DNA from: a virus
Lineage: Duplodnaviria > Caudoviricetes
Length of the DNA: 64,000 nucleotides
Reading direction: 5' to 3' (one strand)
IMG/VR virus record: IMGVR_UViG_3300028886_000066
Location: 40,674-104,673 of that record
Under the pieces are notes generated by a model. It ran no database searches. It had not been told where the DNA came from and was given only the letters and a program-made list of their open reading frames with translations. Position 1 is the stretch's first letter. Each line of letters opens with the position of its first letter. A program made the position numbers and the translations under genes. This document shows positions 17,086 to 26,632 of this stretch, one piece after another.

Positions 17086-17689
17086 TGAGGGTAGCTTGCC
17101 TACTATTCCCTACGGAAAGGCCGTTCGTGTGGGTAACTATAAGTTGTGGCGTGGCAAGTATGTGCTGTCTGGCAAGGAGAAGGCGAGTATCGACTGCATC
17201 CATGTGAGCAGTCTTGACGGTACGTGGATGACGCGCGTTCCTGCTACGTCTGGTATGTTCACGACCATCTGCAACGGCTATGCTACTACTGAAGATGACC
17301 TCCGCGCTAAGTTCCTTGGCACGATATTCTCCGATATGTATGACATTTGCAACCGTTCATCAGAGGCTCTTCACGATGCGTTCCATTTCCTGCTGGAGAT
17401 GATGCAGTTCCCGTATCTTCTCCTGTCAGAGAAGGAGATGAGCCGTCGGATGAAGAGTACGATGCAGGCGGCTGGCATCGGCAAGGAACAGCAGAAGGAG
17501 CATATTGCGAAGATGGTGGAGTACCGTCGCGGTCTCTACGAGCTGATAGAGCGCAAGAAGGATGCTTTCCTTGAGGCTTACGAGCGTCAGCTTGCGGAAG
17601 CCCGTGACAAGGAGTCTGAGAGCCTTGATGCGCTGCGCCATGACGAGATAGCGGAGCAGGCTGTTGACATACTGAATGAAACGGAATAG
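17066..17689 (+). CDS. hypothetical protein (207 aa)
   Basis: ORF; start reset to ATG 17066. Confidence 0.8.
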   Translation: MAKKMISEGSLPTIPYGKAVRVGNYKLWRGKYVLSGKEKASIDCIHVSSLDGTWMTRVPATSGMFTTICNGYATTEDDLRAKFLGTIFSDMYDICNRSSEALHDAFHFLLEMMQFPYLLLSEKEMSRRMKSTMQAAGIGKEQQKEHIAKMVEYRRGLYELIERKKDAFLEAYERQLAEARDKESESLDALRHDEIAEQAVDILNETE

Positions 17690-17718
17690 TATTCTGTGTT
17701 CTTGGTGGATGGATAAAT

Positions 17719-17749
17719 AAGAAGGCGAGGATTAAACCCCCGCCTTCTT
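17719..17749. terminator. bidirectional terminator between convergent genes
   Basis: AAGAAGGCG..CGCCTTCTT stem. Confidence 0.6.
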
Positions 17750-18316
17750 CTTTGCTCTCTCAATCATCGGTGCTGCGTTCCGAATGATGCCGTCCATCTC
17801 AACAGGTCTTATCTCCCGCTGCCCCTTCTCGCTCACCCATTCGTTATAGGCGTAGAACAGCGGGCATTGGTTGCACTTCACGGGGAAGTAGAATCTGAAC
17901 GAGTCCATCGCCTCGTTGGTGGCGGCGTCGTTCTTTCGGGTGAGGTCTGCGTATTTCATGAACATCTCGCCCCGCTCCTTTGAGCCTTCAGGCATCTTCT
18001 TGGCGATTTTCAGTATCTCCTTTGCCGTCATCTCATTGTCGATTAGCTCGATGTCTGCTGTGTCGCCTGAGAACTCAAGGATGTTGGCGTTGCTGAGCCT
18101 GCGTTTCTCGCACAGTTCCTTGAATGCCATGCTTGACGTTGTCTTCCTCTTGTTCGCGAGCTGTAGCTGCTGTCCGAGTCCTGCGTATTCCGGGAAGGCG
18201 ATTGTGAATGCGTCGTTCTCCGTGTAGCCGATGGATAGCAGGTCTGCCATGACCAGCTCGCCGACGCTTGCGCCGAGCTTTTTTGCTTCTAATTTCTTGT
18301 TTGTTGATAGTTCCAT
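17732..18316 (-). CDS. hypothetical protein, possibly small terminase subunit
   Basis: Last gene of the packaging operon; helical; TerS assignment is positional only. Confidence 0.45.
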   Translation of the reverse strand: MELSTNKKLEAKKLGASVGELVMADLLSIGYTENDAFTIAFPEYAGLGQQLQLANKRKTTSSMAFKELCEKRRLSNANILEFSGDTADIELIDNEMTAKEILKIAKKMPEGSKERGEMFMKYADLTRKNDAATNEAMDSFRFYFPVKCNQCPLFYAYNEWVSEKGQREIRPVEMDGIIRNAAPMIERAKKKAGV

Positions 18317-18327
18317 GATTTGTTATA

Positions 18328-19194
18328 TTAACTGTTTAATGATTTCTCGAATACAGGAACAGCATAGCAGCAGCAGTGTCCGTGGAACTGCGGGAATGAG
18401 CCTACGTCATCTATCGTGTGCCATCCTACGTGAGAGTCGCAAAGAGTGCATGGGTATGTACTTCCTCTGTTTACAATATATCCTGCCGCTCCTCTTTCTT
18501 TGAAGTTAAGGATCTGGTTTTTCATCCAAGCCATCTGCAGTGTAATCTCTGCAAAGCGTAGTATGTTATTTGCCTCGCTGTTTGAACTGCCTACATTTCC
18601 ATGCTTAACACCTTTGTCGCGCAGGTATTTTGCCTGCATCATAACCGACCGTCTAAATGCCGCTCTTACCTCTGGCATGAGATAGACAGCGTGGAGATTT
18701 GACTTCACTTTTGTAATGGCTTGTCCGATGTTGACGTTAGCCAGCTTTAGTGATGCGACCATCGCCTCAATATCTCGCATGAACATTCTCAACCTCGACT
18801 CCAATGTTTGTTTCAGATTATTGTTTCCGCCCCCCAGTGCAAGAATCCAAGGAAGCAGTACTCCCCTTCTCTTTTCGCTTTTGGTGCATCGCGTGGCGTA
18901 ATCGAGCGTAAGGCTAAGGATTTCATCTTCAAGGTCGTTTAGTACATCTGCTATCTCGCCAAACATCTGTTCGTTGTATTTCTGTGATATACTGAATGTC
19001 TTAGGGTCGATGTTGTACCGATAGCAGATCCTTGTAATCTTCTCTGCTGCATCTTTAAGCAGCGCATCTATGAGCGCAGAAAGCCCGTGTGCCGCTGACT
19101 CTCTGCGCCCGATGTAGTTTTGTGCTGACTGAATATCCTTGTCGGTAATCGGCTCGTAAATATCCATCAACTGTAAATCAATGCTTTCCGCCAT
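18328..19194 (-). CDS. head morphogenesis protein (Mu gpF / SPP1 gp7-like)
   Basis: C-terminal PCTLCD...PQFHGHCCC motif; downstream of portal. Confidence 0.8.
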   Translation of the reverse strand: MAESIDLQLMDIYEPITDKDIQSAQNYIGRRESAAHGLSALIDALLKDAAEKITRICYRYNIDPKTFSISQKYNEQMFGEIADVLNDLEDEILSLTLDYATRCTKSEKRRGVLLPWILALGGGNNNLKQTLESRLRMFMRDIEAMVASLKLANVNIGQAITKVKSNLHAVYLMPEVRAAFRRSVMMQAKYLRDKGVKHGNVGSSNSEANNILRFAEITLQMAWMKNQILNFKERGAAGYIVNRGSTYPCTLCDSHVGWHTIDDVGSFPQFHGHCCCYAVPVFEKSLNS

Positions 19195-19198
19195 AATT

Positions 19199-20272
19199 CT
19201 AATCTTTTGCGTATTTCCAAATATAGCCAAAGGCCGAGTGGCTTCTTCCTGCGAGGTTATTCCCTATACAAGTGGTAGTCCCTTGTCCAAGTTTTTTTAT
19301 AGCATCGTTTATTGACTCGTATTTAGATACGAATTTGCCATCCAACGTGTATTGTTCAATGCTTCTTTTAATTTTATTTTTAAAAGGCTTCGGGTCTGGA
19401 CTCCCTTCGTAACTCCACAAATAACCGTATGCAGATTTCAGTTTGCCGTTACAACAATTCACAATATCACTGGCTCTATTCTCATTGTTGAGAAATATAG
19501 CAGCAAGCTTAACACTGTCAAATGTTTGTACGTATTCTCCGTTTTTCAGAAATTGACGCACTCTTTTAGATGCGCGTTTTGAAATATCAGGTCTTTCTCC
19601 TTTCTTGCCTTTAGGAATGTATTCGTTATCTTTTTCTTCTACAATAAATATTTTGTCTTTTATAATTTTGACACCTTGGCGTGTTTTAGTGCGAGAAAAA
19701 AGATGTCTTTCGAAACAATTATCTCTTGCTGCTTCAGATACACTTTTATATTTCTTTAATTCCTCCCCCTTCTCGTTGACAAGAATAACGAATTTCTGAT
19801 GACTTTTCTTTGTTTCGCTCAAATTATCAAAAACCACACCGTTTTTCTGATAACGCAAGGATATTTCTGAAGCGTTGTACGGTTCAGAGGTAAGAGGTTT
19901 TTTCTTCCTCCTTTCTATTAGTGTTCCGTAAGTGTTATTGTACGAATAAGAACACCATTCAAGATTAGAAACGTTCGGGTTTAATTTATTCTCATCTTTG
20001 TGGTTGACGCATGGCAGATTATTAGGATTTGGAATAAACGCTTGCGCAACTAAAACATGGACGCCCTTTGTAATACAAAAACCGTTCTCTTGGACAAGCC
20101 TAACGGTTAAATAACCATCACGCGAAACGCCTGGTTTGATTATTTTCTGTCCATATATTAGTTTTCTGCCATTCACATCTATGGTCGTGCGTTTTAGTCG
20201 CATGACAACACCATTCTCGTTGATTTTGTAAATACCTTCAAAACCTAAAACATCCCTCCATTCTTCTTTCAT
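19199..20272 (-). CDS. free-standing NUMOD4-HNH homing endonuclease with NUMOD1-like repeats
   Basis: EEWRDVLGFEG; VHVLVAQAFIPNP..VNHKDENKLN..VSNLEWC; low GC; own -7 element TACATTTG at 20317-20324. Confidence 0.9.
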   Translation of the reverse strand: MKEEWRDVLGFEGIYKINENGVVMRLKRTTIDVNGRKLIYGQKIIKPGVSRDGYLTVRLVQENGFCITKGVHVLVAQAFIPNPNNLPCVNHKDENKLNPNVSNLEWCSYSYNNTYGTLIERRKKKPLTSEPYNASEISLRYQKNGVVFDNLSETKKSHQKFVILVNEKGEELKKYKSVSEAARDNCFERHLFSRTKTRQGVKIIKDKIFIVEEKDNEYIPKGKKGERPDISKRASKRVRQFLKNGEYVQTFDSVKLAAIFLNNENRASDIVNCCNGKLKSAYGYLWSYEGSPDPKPFKNKIKRSIEQYTLDGKFVSKYESINDAIKKLGQGTTTCIGNNLAGRSHSAFGYIWKYAKD

Positions 20273-20380
20273 TGTTGTAAGATTTAGCCAGAATGAGTTA
20301 GTCCCCATTCTGGCTACAAATGTACGATTTTTTTCTGAATTAACCAAACTTGCAATATGATTATTAAAGAAAATTAAGAA

Positions 20381-22138
20381 CTAATTTTGAAGATTCCACT
20401 TCTCCCAATTATTTTCGCCTTCTCTATTGCCCCACTTGTCAGTATTAACAGTTCGTGGCCTTCCTGCGCCTCTACCTGTCGCGACGCTTCCTTTCTTGCG
20501 AGAGACCTTGCGGGCTTGTTTTTCCTTTCCCTCTTCAATCTTGGCTTGGTTGGCTGCAATCTCAGTCTGTTGTTCCACCTGAATATCGGACAGTTCTTCT
20601 TGCATCTCAACGTTTGCGTCGTTCTGGATTTCCAGTTTCTTTTCCTGCAGGAGAAGTTCGCGCATTTGTTCGTCATGCTTCTCGTTGTCAAGCCTTGCCT
20701 TCTCTGTTGCCGTACTGTACGGATTGCGCTCGCTTGCAGTCTCCTTGGACAAGAACCCGTTTTGTACGCCAAGAGCCAAATTCTGGCACAACTCGCTTTC
20801 GTTGATGGGAATGAACGGGATGCACCAATGACTCATGCCGAGATTTACGAAACTAAGTCTTGTTTCTTTTTCGACACCTGCCCCATAAAGAAAGATTGCG
20901 ACAATATCGTCTATCACTTCGTCGAACTCCTGCGACTCATTCAGTGCTTTGTTGTAAGAGTCTGAGTACAAGAGCTTGATAGCTGCGGCAGGGGTGTCAC
21001 CAGACTTTAGTTCGGGAGCCTTAACGACCATCGACATCTCGTAGATTTTCTTCTTTAGTTCGTCGAGCTGAGACTTGTAGGCACCTGAGGCATCTTGTCT
21101 CTGCAGGAACTCTGCCTTTCCCTCGGAAGGAATGAGGAATATCTTCGCGGCGTATGTCATGTCACCCATCGCCAACTGCTCGATATTGCGGCCATTGCCC
21201 TTTGTCAGCGCGAGGATGGGTAGTCCGAATGCTGAATTACTCTGGGCGAGTCTGCTGAAGGCAAGTTCAAAATGCTCGATAGCCTCTTGGCTGTTAGACC
21301 AACAAGGGCCGCTGTCCTTTCTCATGTAAGCAACTGGTATGCGGTCAAATCCGTGCGGCGACTTTTCTTCAAGAGTATAACCTGAGCACTTAAAACCTCC
21401 AATAGTGAATTCTTCTTTCTTTTCTTCTTTGTTGGCATCACCTTCTGACGGAGCGGCATCGACAAGGCGATAGTAATATCTCTCATCCCATACGTCGATG
21501 TAATTATGTGAATCGCCGTCATCTCCAAAATTGACATACTTACGTGCAAATATTTTCAGTTTTCCTGTTTTTCTGTCATGGTGAGGGTACAACTCATCGC
21601 CTTTTAGGAAAGACAATACTTTCCAAAGAAAAACGCCATTATCCATGATGCCGATAAAAGCAGCATCTCCTGTTGCCAGTGTCGACTTTGCCACCTCGTA
21701 CCATGCACGTTCCATTGACTTTTCAACCCAAGTAGCCTTGAACTTGTAAAAGATTTCCCTGTCGGAGTCGTTTTCGGTTCTGTTAGACAGGTCGAACTGA
21801 ATGTCATTTCCGGTCAGTCGGACGAGCCTGTCTTCAAGTATCTCCTGTTGGAAAGCAAAGGCATGGCGTTCCCACTCAGTCTGATAGTAGAGTCCGTCAT
21901 CTTCGTTTTCCATCCAATTCTGATAGATGTTCTTATCGTTGATGGCATGAGAGTTGGGGTCGAGTTCTCTGATAAAATCAGCCTGCGTTACGACCTCGTA
22001 TTTGACGGCGTCATTCATGACAGGAGTTTCCCCCGTCTCTTCTCTTAGTACGCTTTCCCTTTTGCCTACATCTGCTTTGATTCGTTAACACGGCTTTTTG
22101 GTAAGCAGTTCCCGATGTTTAACTTGATTTGTTGTCAT
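20381..22138 (-). CDS. portal protein (SPP1 gp6-like); N-terminus interrupted by an in-frame TAA at 22085-22087
   Basis: Downstream of TerL; portal-sized helical protein with HGFDRIPV motif; in-frame upstream ATG 22138 has an A-rich leader. Confidence 0.8.
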
Positions 22139-22192
22139 TGCTGTGAAGTTTAATTGTTAATATTTATCTGAACGTGTGGGCCTCACAGCAGT

Positions 22193-24913
22193 TCAGCTGA
22201 AAGAAAATGTTCTTATACTTTTCACATGTTTGCGGAGGAACTCGGGCACTTCCGTGTCGGACTCTTTGACATCGAATATCTCGAACATGCAGAGTGCTTC
22301 GATGAAGTCTGGAGAGTGACCGACAAGCGAACGTCTCTTCATGGTGTCTTTCGGTATGAGGCACCACCCTTTGTCCACCTTGCTCATGTCCTGTCTGATA
22401 GCCTTGCGCTCTCTTTGTAGGATGAACTGCAGGTCGTTGGTGGCTCGTCCAGACTTGAACTGCCTTTTGAGCAGTGTCGGTTCGATGCTCCATTCTCCCT
22501 GCTGTGTGTGTTGTGCGAACTTGTATGCGCACTGCGACTTCATGCAGTCGTAGAGGTTTCTGTCTTCTCGTGCCACCGCTTCCTGGTTGTTGAACGGCAC
22601 TGCATTAGGGAAAGCGCCCTTGAATATCTGCCCGATTCCTTGCAGGTCATACACGAAGTTCTGTTCAAGGACTCCCCATTCGCGCAGCTTAGCCTTTATC
22701 AACGGTACGGTATTGTATGGGTCTACACGGCAGACGTACAAGTCCTGTACGTGATTCCCGATTTTAAGCCATGTCACGCAGTTATCGCCTCCGTCACCAG
22801 CGACGTCGCACGATGCTCTGCGCACATGGTCACCCATCATGGCGGCATTACTAAAGCATTTCTCCAAGTGGTACGGCTGTATGAGGTCATCGCCGACGGC
22901 TATGGCATCCCAGTTACCTTCCCACTCCTTTGCGCGTTCCTCTGGCGATTTGTTCAGTATTGAGGCGATGTAGTTAGGGTCGTTCATCAGCAGTGCCTTG
23001 TTCTCCATTATGCTGGCCTTGATGAACACTGCTGATTTGACTGCAAAGGACATCTTGTCGTAACCGAAGTCCTGTAGTTTCGGGTCCCATGAAGCGTCAA
23101 TCTCCTCTTTTGCCTGCTCGTAGACCTCTTCGGGTGTGTTTCCCCATACTATGTTGTCCACGGAATCGCCTGTGATGAAGAAATAGCGTACCACACCGTT
23201 ACGCCAAGGTATAGGTAGTCCGTGACGTTCAGGGTGTTTCTCTCCATCGGGATAGACGGTATCCTTGTCGGCTATCCACCAGTCGACGAACTTCCTGAGC
23301 CAAGACAGCGGGTCTGGGTTACACGTTCCGAGGATGCGTGAGCGTATGCCCACCGTGTTACGGTTGCTGCCCATGAGTATCTTCACGAACTCAAAGGGGA
23401 TTTGCGGCAGCTCGTCTATCCCGATATACGGGTACTGCTGTCCTCTGTACTTGTCCTCGAACTCTTTCAGTGTCATGTCGAAATGGTCGAATGACATCTT
23501 CGCTCCAGTGTAGAAGTTCCATGTCATATCGTCTTTCGACTTGTTGTATCGCCCAAGGTTAGCGAACCATCGGCTGCTCTCGTTCTCGATGTTGACGAAA
23601 TCGTCCTTGTTCTTACGGAAGAGAACACTGTGAGAGTGTTTCTTCGTTATGTCGTATGCCCCCTCCATCAGCATGAGGGCAGTGTTGTGGTTTATGGTGT
23701 AGGCGTCAGTCAGGTACAGGTGTTCATTACCTGATATGGTGATACATCTGCATTTCTGCTTTGGCTTATCCTTCGACACCCACATGACTTTCTTTGTGAG
23801 ACATCCGTCAAGCTCTTTGATACTCTTCGGTATCGGTGCTATAATCTTCGCTCTGTTTCTTCGGCAAACGCTTTCCCAAAGCTTCTTTGCGTCAGGAGCC
23901 TTGATGGAGACGCGGTAGTAACCTATCTTATCCGGGTCGGTAGTGTTCTCAACGACCATGACAAAGCACCCTAACGAGCGTATCATCTGGGCCAGTTGCT
24001 CTGCCAGTCTCTTGTTGGGGAACTCTACGTAAGGGCACATGCTTTTTGAGTAGCCGTTACGGAATAAGACCCCCTTGACAAAGTTCAGCCTTGTCTCAAT
24101 GGATGCGTATTGATATTCGTGTGGTATGTAGGCCGGAGAACCATTTTTGGCAGCTGTGACAGCCATTCTTGCCTCATTTTTGATTCCGACCACGCGGTAA
24201 TTGCCGTTGATGTCTCTCTTGGAGAAGTATCCTTCACGATAGAATGGATAGCCATAGAACCTGTTCCGAATAGGTACTCCTCTTACGCTCAAGTCCCATG
24301 TACCCTTTCCAACGATATATCCGAGAAGGAGCGGATGTATCGGCATTATTCCGGGGACTTTGTATTCTTCATGTTCCACTTCTCCGCATAGAGGGAACTC
24401 GATGTAGTCGTATTGTCCGCGTTTGAGCGAGTATGGCGGTCTTTCGTCCATGCGGTAGATGTCGAAAATGTCTCTTGCCTCCCAAACCATGAAAGGCTCG
24501 TCTGGGTGTGAACGGGCGTAGAACCTGTGATTGTCCATGCACTTCACGGTCGTACCGTCATCGAAATGCAGAGTATAGATAGTCTGCTCACCATGTTCGA
24601 AGATTTCCGTAACTTCCTGAATACCTTCGTAGGGTGTGCATACAGGGTCTCCTACTTGCAGTTCCCCCATTTTTCTGAATCCCGTCGGTGTTGCCACCAT
24701 CGTACTGTAGGGATTCGCTTTCCCTCCACCTCGGTTTCCTCCGTAAATAATCAGGTCTGCATCGCTGTGAAGTCCGTCTTCCTGTGCACCCTTGTTTGGT
24801 ATGAAAACCTTTGAATACTTGTTGTTTCCCTCTTCCCGTCGCAGTTCCTCTACGAACTCTGAGGTGCGGATGGGTCTGCCATCCCGCATGTTAAGTCCAC
24901 TAAATTCTTGCAT
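22193..24913 (-). CDS. terL: terminase large subunit containing an intein
   Basis: YGGNRGGGK|T Walker A; IGIDE Walker B; TCNP; RNase H-like nuclease motifs SCDVA..D and SPDFIEA. Confidence 0.92.
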   Translation of the reverse strand: MQEFSGLNMRDGRPIRTSEFVEELRREEGNNKYSKVFIPNKGAQEDGLHSDADLIIYGGNRGGGKANPYSTMVATPTGFRKMGELQVGDPVCTPYEGIQEVTEIFEHGEQTIYTLHFDDGTTVKCMDNHRFYARSHPDEPFMVWEARDIFDIYRMDERPPYSLKRGQYDYIEFPLCGEVEHEEYKVPGIMPIHPLLLGYIVGKGTWDLSVRGVPIRNRFYGYPFYREGYFSKRDINGNYRVVGIKNEARMAVTAAKNGSPAYIPHEYQYASIETRLNFVKGVLFRNGYSKSMCPYVEFPNKRLAEQLAQMIRSLGCFVMVVENTTDPDKIGYYRVSIKAPDAKKLWESVCRRNRAKIIAPIPKSIKELDGCLTKKVMWVSKDKPKQKCRCITISGNEHLYLTDAYTINHNTALMLMEGAYDITKKHSHSVLFRKNKDDFVNIENESSRWFANLGRYNKSKDDMTWNFYTGAKMSFDHFDMTLKEFEDKYRGQQYPYIGIDELPQIPFEFVKILMGSNRNTVGIRSRILGTCNPDPLSWLRKFVDWWIADKDTVYPDGEKHPERHGLPIPWRNGVVRYFFITGDSVDNIVWGNTPEEVYEQAKEEIDASWDPKLQDFGYDKMSFAVKSAVFIKASIMENKALLMNDPNYIASILNKSPEERAKEWEGNWDAIAVGDDLIQPYHLEKCFSNAAMMGDHVRRASCDVAGDGGDNCVTWLKIGNHVQDLYVCRVDPYNTVPLIKAKLREWGVLEQNFVYDLQGIGQIFKGAFPNAVPFNNQEAVAREDRNLYDCMKSQCAYKFAQHTQQGEWSIEPTLLKRQFKSGRATNDLQFILQRERKAIRQDMSKVDKGWCLIPKDTMKRRSLVGHSPDFIEALCMFEIFDVKESDTEVPEFLRKHVKSIRTFSFS
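23684..24718 (-). mobile_element. 345-aa Ala1 (class 3-like) intein with degenerate LAGLIDADG domain
   Basis: Starts ANPYSTMVATPTG right after the P-loop Lys; ends CRCITI..HLYLTDAYTINHN followed by Thr. Confidence 0.88.
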
Positions 24914-24940
24914 AGTAACAATTCTTTTGTTTACATGTGA

Positions 24941-25040
24941 CAAAAGTATTGATAAATAGCTCTCTTGCAATGTGTTTTCAAATAATTCTTCATTTTTTTC
25001 TTTAAACATATTGTATGAAAACCTCAATTATATACATTTG
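24941..25040. promoter_or_regulatory. divergent promoters for the packaging and head operons
   Basis: Minus-strand TACTTTTG 24941-24948; plus-strand TACATTTG 25033-25040. Confidence 0.6.
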
Positions 25041-25100
25041 TAGCAGAAAATGGCACACGGAGTGCCGTTACCAACACAAAAACTAAACTTTTTAGGAATT

Positions 25101-25904
25101 ATGGAGAAAAATCTTCTCATTGAAAATTTGAAGACTAAGGCTGGAATCGACAACCTTAGCGACAGGACGTTAGACGAGGTGGCAACGGTCTTGCAGCCCA
25201 TGTTTGCCGATGACGAGAAAATTACCGACGAGAGTTGGAATCTTCCGATTCAGATGCTCAAATCGATGAGCGGCCAGCTTCGCCACGAAGTTGCCGATGG
25301 CATCAGCAAAGGCAAGGCGCAGTGGGAGAACGAGCAGAAGACGTCGCAGCAGAAGTCAATCGACGATGCCGTGGCTGCTTTCAAGGCTCAGTGGGAGAAA
25401 GACCATCCGTCCGACACGCCTCCCGCAGATGAAGGCAAGACTGACATTGCTGCACTTGTTGCAGAGCAGGTCAAGGCTCAGATGGCTGGGCTGACTGGCG
25501 AGAACAGCGAGTTTGCCAAGCTCAGTAAGCAGTTCAGCGACTACTTGAAGTTGCAGGCCGAGAAAGACAAGGCCGCAGCCGAGGCAGACGTCCGTTCGCA
25601 AATCAAGGATTTCCTTATCGGTCGCGGCGTGGAGGAAGATGACTACGCGCTTGAGATCATGCTGGAGAAGCTGGTTATCGGCGATAAGCCCGATGTGGTC
25701 GCTTTGAAGGCAAAGGCAGAGAAAGACTATGAGGCTATCTACAAGCGGATGCACAAGGGCGAAAATGCCCAGCCGTTCGCTGGTGGTGGCGGCAGTGCAA
25801 ATACTACAGTATATGGCTATGACGCTTGGGAAAAGAATCTTGATGCCATTGCTGCAGGTCAAGCCGCAGCCGCAGCCGAACTTGAAAAGCAGATATTCAA
25901 ATGA
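25101..25904 (+). CDS. probable capsid scaffolding protein
   Basis: Charged coiled-coil protein heading the head operon. Confidence 0.65.
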   Translation: MEKNLLIENLKTKAGIDNLSDRTLDEVATVLQPMFADDEKITDESWNLPIQMLKSMSGQLRHEVADGISKGKAQWENEQKTSQQKSIDDAVAAFKAQWEKDHPSDTPPADEGKTDIAALVAEQVKAQMAGLTGENSEFAKLSKQFSDYLKLQAEKDKAAAEADVRSQIKDFLIGRGVEEDDYALEIMLEKLVIGDKPDVVALKAKAEKDYEAIYKRMHKGENAQPFAGGGGSANTTVYGYDAWEKNLDAIAAGQAAAAAELEKQIFK

Positions 25905-25989
25905 GGAATTTATCTGACTGCTGAAGGACTGCAGTATGAAAGACGCGATTTAAAAATAAAAGTATTAACACACAAAAACAAAAAAGGAC

Positions 25990-26616
25990 ATGATTAAAGG
26001 TTATGACCAGACGGTAAAGGCCAGCGGCAAGATGGGCGGTGCGCTCGTCGTGTTCGAGGGTCATCCGTCACTGCTTGTCGGTGGTTTCGACTTTAATATG
26101 GCCGACCTTCCTGATGCAAAGGACGTGCTGCCCTGCGGCACTTACCTGAACTGCGACGATGTTACGCGCATCGCTACTCCCGTCATCACTGCGAAGGTAA
26201 AGGCTATTGACGGTACGAAGGTCACCGTTGAAGACCTTGGTTTCGGTAGTACTCCCTTCAAGGTCGGTGCTACTGTAGCCGAGTTGGGCGACAATCTTGC
26301 AAATGCCGCCACGTACTACGCAACCGTTTCCTCCAAGGAGGGCAACGTGCTTACTCTTAGTGGAGCCGTAACAGGTCTTGCCGTCGGTGACATCCTCGTT
26401 GAGGTTGACGCTACGGACAAGAAGGTGAAGGCTATACCCAATGCCATTCTGCCCTACGACAGATGGTATGATGCTGACGCCATCGCCGTCCGCTGTGACG
26501 GTATGTGGGCTAACGACCGTCCCATTTTGGAGCGTCGCATGCCCGCCTGCAATGATGCCATCAAGACGGCTCTCGTCAATGCTGGCTGTCAGTTCAAGTG
26601 GTCGAACCGTAAGTAA
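25990..26616 (+). CDS. head decoration / cement protein
   Basis: Beta-rich; lies between scaffold and capsid (lambda D-E arrangement). Confidence 0.65.
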   Translation: MIKGYDQTVKASGKMGGALVVFEGHPSLLVGGFDFNMADLPDAKDVLPCGTYLNCDDVTRIATPVITAKVKAIDGTKVTVEDLGFGSTPFKVGATVAELGDNLANAATYYATVSSKEGNVLTLSGAVTGLAVGDILVEVDATDKKVKAIPNAILPYDRWYDADAIAVRCDGMWANDRPILERRMPACNDAIKTALVNAGCQFKWSNRK

Positions 26617-26632
26617 AGAAAGGAGTTAGATT

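Noticed and set aside
19199-20345. Group I intron around the HNH gene (likewise 35213-35950)
   Set aside because: Flanking genes are complete and no intron core is evident; treated as free-standing
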